DNA of 37,083 bases. Origin: an uncultured Nitrosopumilaceae archaeon (GTDB lineage Archaea; Thermoproteota; Nitrososphaeria; Nitrososphaerales; Nitrosopumilaceae). The stretch spans positions 1,472-38,554 of the forward strand of contig CAYWRD010000002.1 in NCBI GenBank assembly GCA_964460675.1, written 5' to 3'. Each line of letters opens with the position of its first letter. The stretch's first letter is position 1. The translations under genes were made by a program, and so were the position numbers. The notes under the pieces were generated by a model, which saw only the letters and a program-made list of their open reading frames with translations, ran no database searches and was not told the origin of the DNA. Shown here piece by piece: positions 34,126 to 37,083 of this stretch.

Positions 34126-35000
34126 CAGATTATCGCATCTGCAATTGTTCCAGAAACATCTACTACGGAAGTTTTTCCAGGAATTGTATTTGTACTAATG
34201 ATCTTTGTGACCCCCGATTTTCTTATTTTTATTTCAGCATTATTCATTAACAAAGCGTGGGTACATGCCACATAGACACGTCTACACTTTTGTTTTTTTA
34301 GAAACTGGGTTGCCTTGATTATACTTCCGCCTGTACTTATCATATCATCTACTAAAATTATGTCTCTGCCTTTGACCTGTCTTGTCTCTTCATTCTGGAT
34401 TGATACTTTTCCTGTTTTTCTATCCCTTTTCTTTGAAAGGGCGATATAATCTGAACCTAATAGGTCTGCAAATGCTTTTGCTCTGTCTTTTCCTCCTTTG
34501 TCTGGAGAAACAACAAGTGGAACTTTTAACTTCATTTTGACAAAATATTTCACAAGATCCGGAACAGCTGAAACATTTTTTTTCTTAATCTTGAAATGAT
34601 TAAGAGCAATCATACTATGAATATCAACTACAATTAGTTTGGATGCTCCTGCAGCTTTGAATAATTTAGCAATTGATTTCATTGTAACTATCTCTCCTGG
34701 CAAAAATTCTCTATCCTGCCTTGCATATCCCATATAGGGAATTATTACTACAATTTCATTCGAATACTCCTTTGCTTTTGTTATTAATGATAATGCATGA
34801 ATCAAATTGGTATCTACTGGAGGATATGTAGCTTGTACGACAATACACCGTTTTGATGGTTTTCCTGAAAGTGTAATCTTACTTTCTCCGTCTGGAAATA
34901 CTCGAATGTCTGACTTGATTAAATTACTCTTTATTTTTTTTGATAATTTTTTTGCTAGTTCTTCAGATGACTTTCCAGCTATCACAGTATATTTTACCAA
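34125..35000 (-). CDS. prs: Ribose-phosphate pyrophosphokinase (PRPP synthetase)
   Basis: FPDGE, YMGYARQDR and the PRPP-binding loop ILVDDMISTGGS are present. Confidence 0.95.
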   Translation of the reverse strand: MVKYTVIAGKSSEELAKKLSKKIKSNLIKSDIRVFPDGESKITLSGKPSKRCIVVQATYPPVDTNLIHALSLITKAKEYSNEIVVIIPYMGYARQDREFLPGEIVTMKSIAKLFKAAGASKLIVVDIHSMIALNHFKIKKKNVSAVPDLVKYFVKMKLKVPLVVSPDKGGKDRAKAFADLLGSDYIALSKKRDRKTGKVSIQNEETRQVKGRDIILVDDMISTGGSIIKATQFLKKQKCRRVYVACTHALLMNNAEIKIRKSGVTKIISTNTIPGKTSVVDVSGTIADAII

Positions 35001-35040
35001 TAGCTAAAACTGACACAAGGGTTTCTTAAGTTTTGAGAGT

Positions 35041-36768
35041 TTAGTCCCCTTCTGAATCTGCAATATCGCCTATTCCGTACTGTTCCATTACTTTCTTTCT
35101 TTCTATTTCTAACTGGTTAATTTCGTTTTCTTCTCTCTTTTCATCGCCTTGATATATTGTTCTGATAGGCCACGGAATTCTAATATCATATCTCTTGAAC
35201 TCCTCGTACATAATCATCCTGATGTCAGTTTCTACCTTGAATTGAGAACCATAATCTCTCACATAAAGATAGATTGTAAAATCTAATGCAGAATCATTGA
35301 ATGCATTAAATCTCACCAGTGGCTGATCAATATCTACTGTTATTCCCTTATCACATCCGCAACTTGATTTATTTTCTAACAGGTAGGGACATTTCCTTTG
35401 AACTACAAGATGTTTACCTTTGCTATCTATAGACTCCTTCATAGCTCTTTGGCCTATCTTAACTAAGATTGAGGCTACTTGTTTAGGATTATTTAGATAA
35501 GATACTCCAACATTTACAGCTGCTGGAACCATCTTTATTTCCTTGGAGAAGTTAATTATCTGAGAGTTTACCAAATTTCTAGTTGGGATTGTAGCAAATG
35601 ATTCATTGAACGCATTTCTAACAAATGTTACTCTGGCAGTAATTTTATGGATATAGCCGTTATAACCAGTATCAAGCTCAACTCTATCACCTTCTGTAAT
35701 GATCCTGTCTTTTCTAATCATGATGTATGCAAACCAATTTTGCATTGTCTCTTGCAATGCTAACCCCACACCAATTGCTAATCCGCCAGTAGCTGTTGCT
35801 AATACAAACAAATCAACTCCCCACCAACTGACTACTCCTAGAACTATTACGGCAAAGATGGCTACGGGAAGAATCTGTGATACTGACTTTGGAAGATCTT
35901 TTCTTTTCTTAGCTCCATATCCAGGTGGTCTATAACCTGGGATTATTGGATCATACCCTGCATCTCTTCTCTCTTCTCTCCAGATATCAATTGAGTAAAT
36001 CTCTTCTGGCTTTTGTCCTGGTCTAAGATGTTTGCCTGATTCATTATTTCCGGAAATACAATCTTGATAATATTTTTCATATTTTTCATTTTCATATTTT
36101 TTCCATATTTTAAATGGATCATCAACTAGTTTCTGAAAACTTCCAATTGCATATCCTTTTGATGTGTGAAATGATTCTAGATATTCTCGTCCTTTTTCTG
36201 TTTTGAGCTTTTCTTGAAACTCTTCTTCAGACATCTCTTTTGGTGGATGTTTAGGAGGAACCCACTTGAATAATTGATGAAAAAGGTCTCCTGGATCGTC
36301 TTTAAAACCACGCATCTCTACCCATAATTCAAAATCATTTTCCAATTCTCTTTTCTTTTCATATTTTTTAATCGCTAATGGAATTAGATGTGCAATTGCA
36401 TATCCTACTACTAGAATATTGATGGTGTTTAGAACCTTTGCAAATACATCAGATGCTGAATCAAACTCGTCATCTGTAAAAAGCTCAAAGGTCTGAATGT
36501 AAAAATTAACAGATGATACCAAAGCTATTGCAAATAAAGGCAAAACTGCTACTCTGATGAATCTAGCTACAAATGGTCTAGTATAGTTCATTTTTTGCTT
36601 TCTAGTCCAGCTTGAGAAGCTACGATAACCAGCCGTGATTCCAATTAAACCAATTACCAAAACAGTTACTGCAATTTGCATTGAAATTGAAGAAGTAATT
36701 AGAGCGGTTAAGCTTTCAAACTCTTTTACTTGACTTGCCACAGTTGTTAATACTTCATCCTCTGCCAT
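35041..36768 (-). CDS. Mechanosensitive ion channel family protein (MscS-like) with a long cytoplasmic insertion
   Basis: It has several TM helices. The MscS beta-domain signature is ITEGDRVEL...GYIHKITARVTFVRN...IPTRNLVNSQIINFS. Confidence 0.8.
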   Translation of the reverse strand: MAEDEVLTTVASQVKEFESLTALITSSISMQIAVTVLVIGLIGITAGYRSFSSWTRKQKMNYTRPFVARFIRVAVLPLFAIALVSSVNFYIQTFELFTDDEFDSASDVFAKVLNTINILVVGYAIAHLIPLAIKKYEKKRELENDFELWVEMRGFKDDPGDLFHQLFKWVPPKHPPKEMSEEEFQEKLKTEKGREYLESFHTSKGYAIGSFQKLVDDPFKIWKKYENEKYEKYYQDCISGNNESGKHLRPGQKPEEIYSIDIWREERRDAGYDPIIPGYRPPGYGAKKRKDLPKSVSQILPVAIFAVIVLGVVSWWGVDLFVLATATGGLAIGVGLALQETMQNWFAYIMIRKDRIITEGDRVELDTGYNGYIHKITARVTFVRNAFNESFATIPTRNLVNSQIINFSKEIKMVPAAVNVGVSYLNNPKQVASILVKIGQRAMKESIDSKGKHLVVQRKCPYLLENKSSCGCDKGITVDIDQPLVRFNAFNDSALDFTIYLYVRDYGSQFKVETDIRMIMYEEFKRYDIRIPWPIRTIYQGDEKREENEINQLEIERKKVMEQYGIGDIADSEGD

Positions 36769-36926
36769 TGCTTCTCAATCACTTTTGCTAGCCCAAGACG
36801 TTAAGGAAGTTTATCATAATTTTTTACAATTGATATCAAAATTTTTAAAAAAATTCAGGTAATTTCATATTTAAGAAACCAAAATAATGTGTAACATTTA
36901 ACAATAGTAATCGATTATTATAATAA

Positions 36927-37083
36927 ATGACTTATCAAGAGACAGTTTGGGACGAATCACCTTCCATTCGATCATATACTCTAGCAAATTTCCGTGATAT
37001 TCCACAAATCCAACAGTTGCCAGAAGAGAAACAATTTGAGATGGAAGTTGTTGGAAATGTGTTGCCTTTCAAGGCTAACAACT
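36927..37083 (+). CDS. 5' end of a CDS running off the right window edge, possibly a KamA-like radical SAM aminomutase-family protein
   Basis: My translation is MTYQETVWDESPSIRSYTLANFRDIPQIQQLPEEKQFEMEVVGNVLPFKANN. The VLPFKxNNY-type N-terminal motif is recalled from that family, but no catalytic motifs are in the window. Confidence 0.35.
   Translation, partial: MTYQETVWDESPSIRSYTLANFRDIPQIQQLPEEKQFEMEVVGNVLPFKANN

Overview
This is a compact, AT-rich archaeal chromosome segment (roughly one third GC by eye). Its gene content is typical of ammonia-oxidising Thaumarchaeota of the Nitrosopumilus type. All product calls come from reading the translations and recognising motifs; no database search was run.

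The window is built around a chromosomal replication origin at about 12.78-13.16 kb. The origin has ORB-like repeats and lies next to orc1/cdc6. The two PolD subunits flank it, and a GINS-like gene sits further downstream.

The remaining genes are mostly housekeeping:
- CDC48 (partial), Hsp20, NDH-2, and a secreted cyclophilin fusion.
- GGGP synthase, GlyA, thermosome, GlnA, an SDR, and an SQR-like flavoprotein.
- tRNA-Pro and a thpR-cca-kinase operon, with a divergent P-loop kinase and RNA-binding gene pair.
- A translationally coupled prs-trm11-rnz-sir2 operon, and an MscS-like channel.

I see no CRISPR array, transposase, integrase, or recognisable multi-gene defence system.

The observations most worth a second look are:
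1. A dense, helically phased array of GTTAAC / TTAA-core palindromes inside the origin, separate from the ORB repeats.
2. A small compositionally foreign islet with an intact but atypical vsr next to a gutted cytosine-5 methyltransferase relic.
3. A cluster of small DNA-binding proteins beside the origin, including an AbrB-type gene missing from the ORF track.
4. The RNA end-healing / tRNA 3'-end maturation neighbourhood at 27.5-35 kb.
5. A secreted amicyanin-like domain whose copper ligands appear to have been replaced.
6. All eleven convergent gene junctions abut or overlap.
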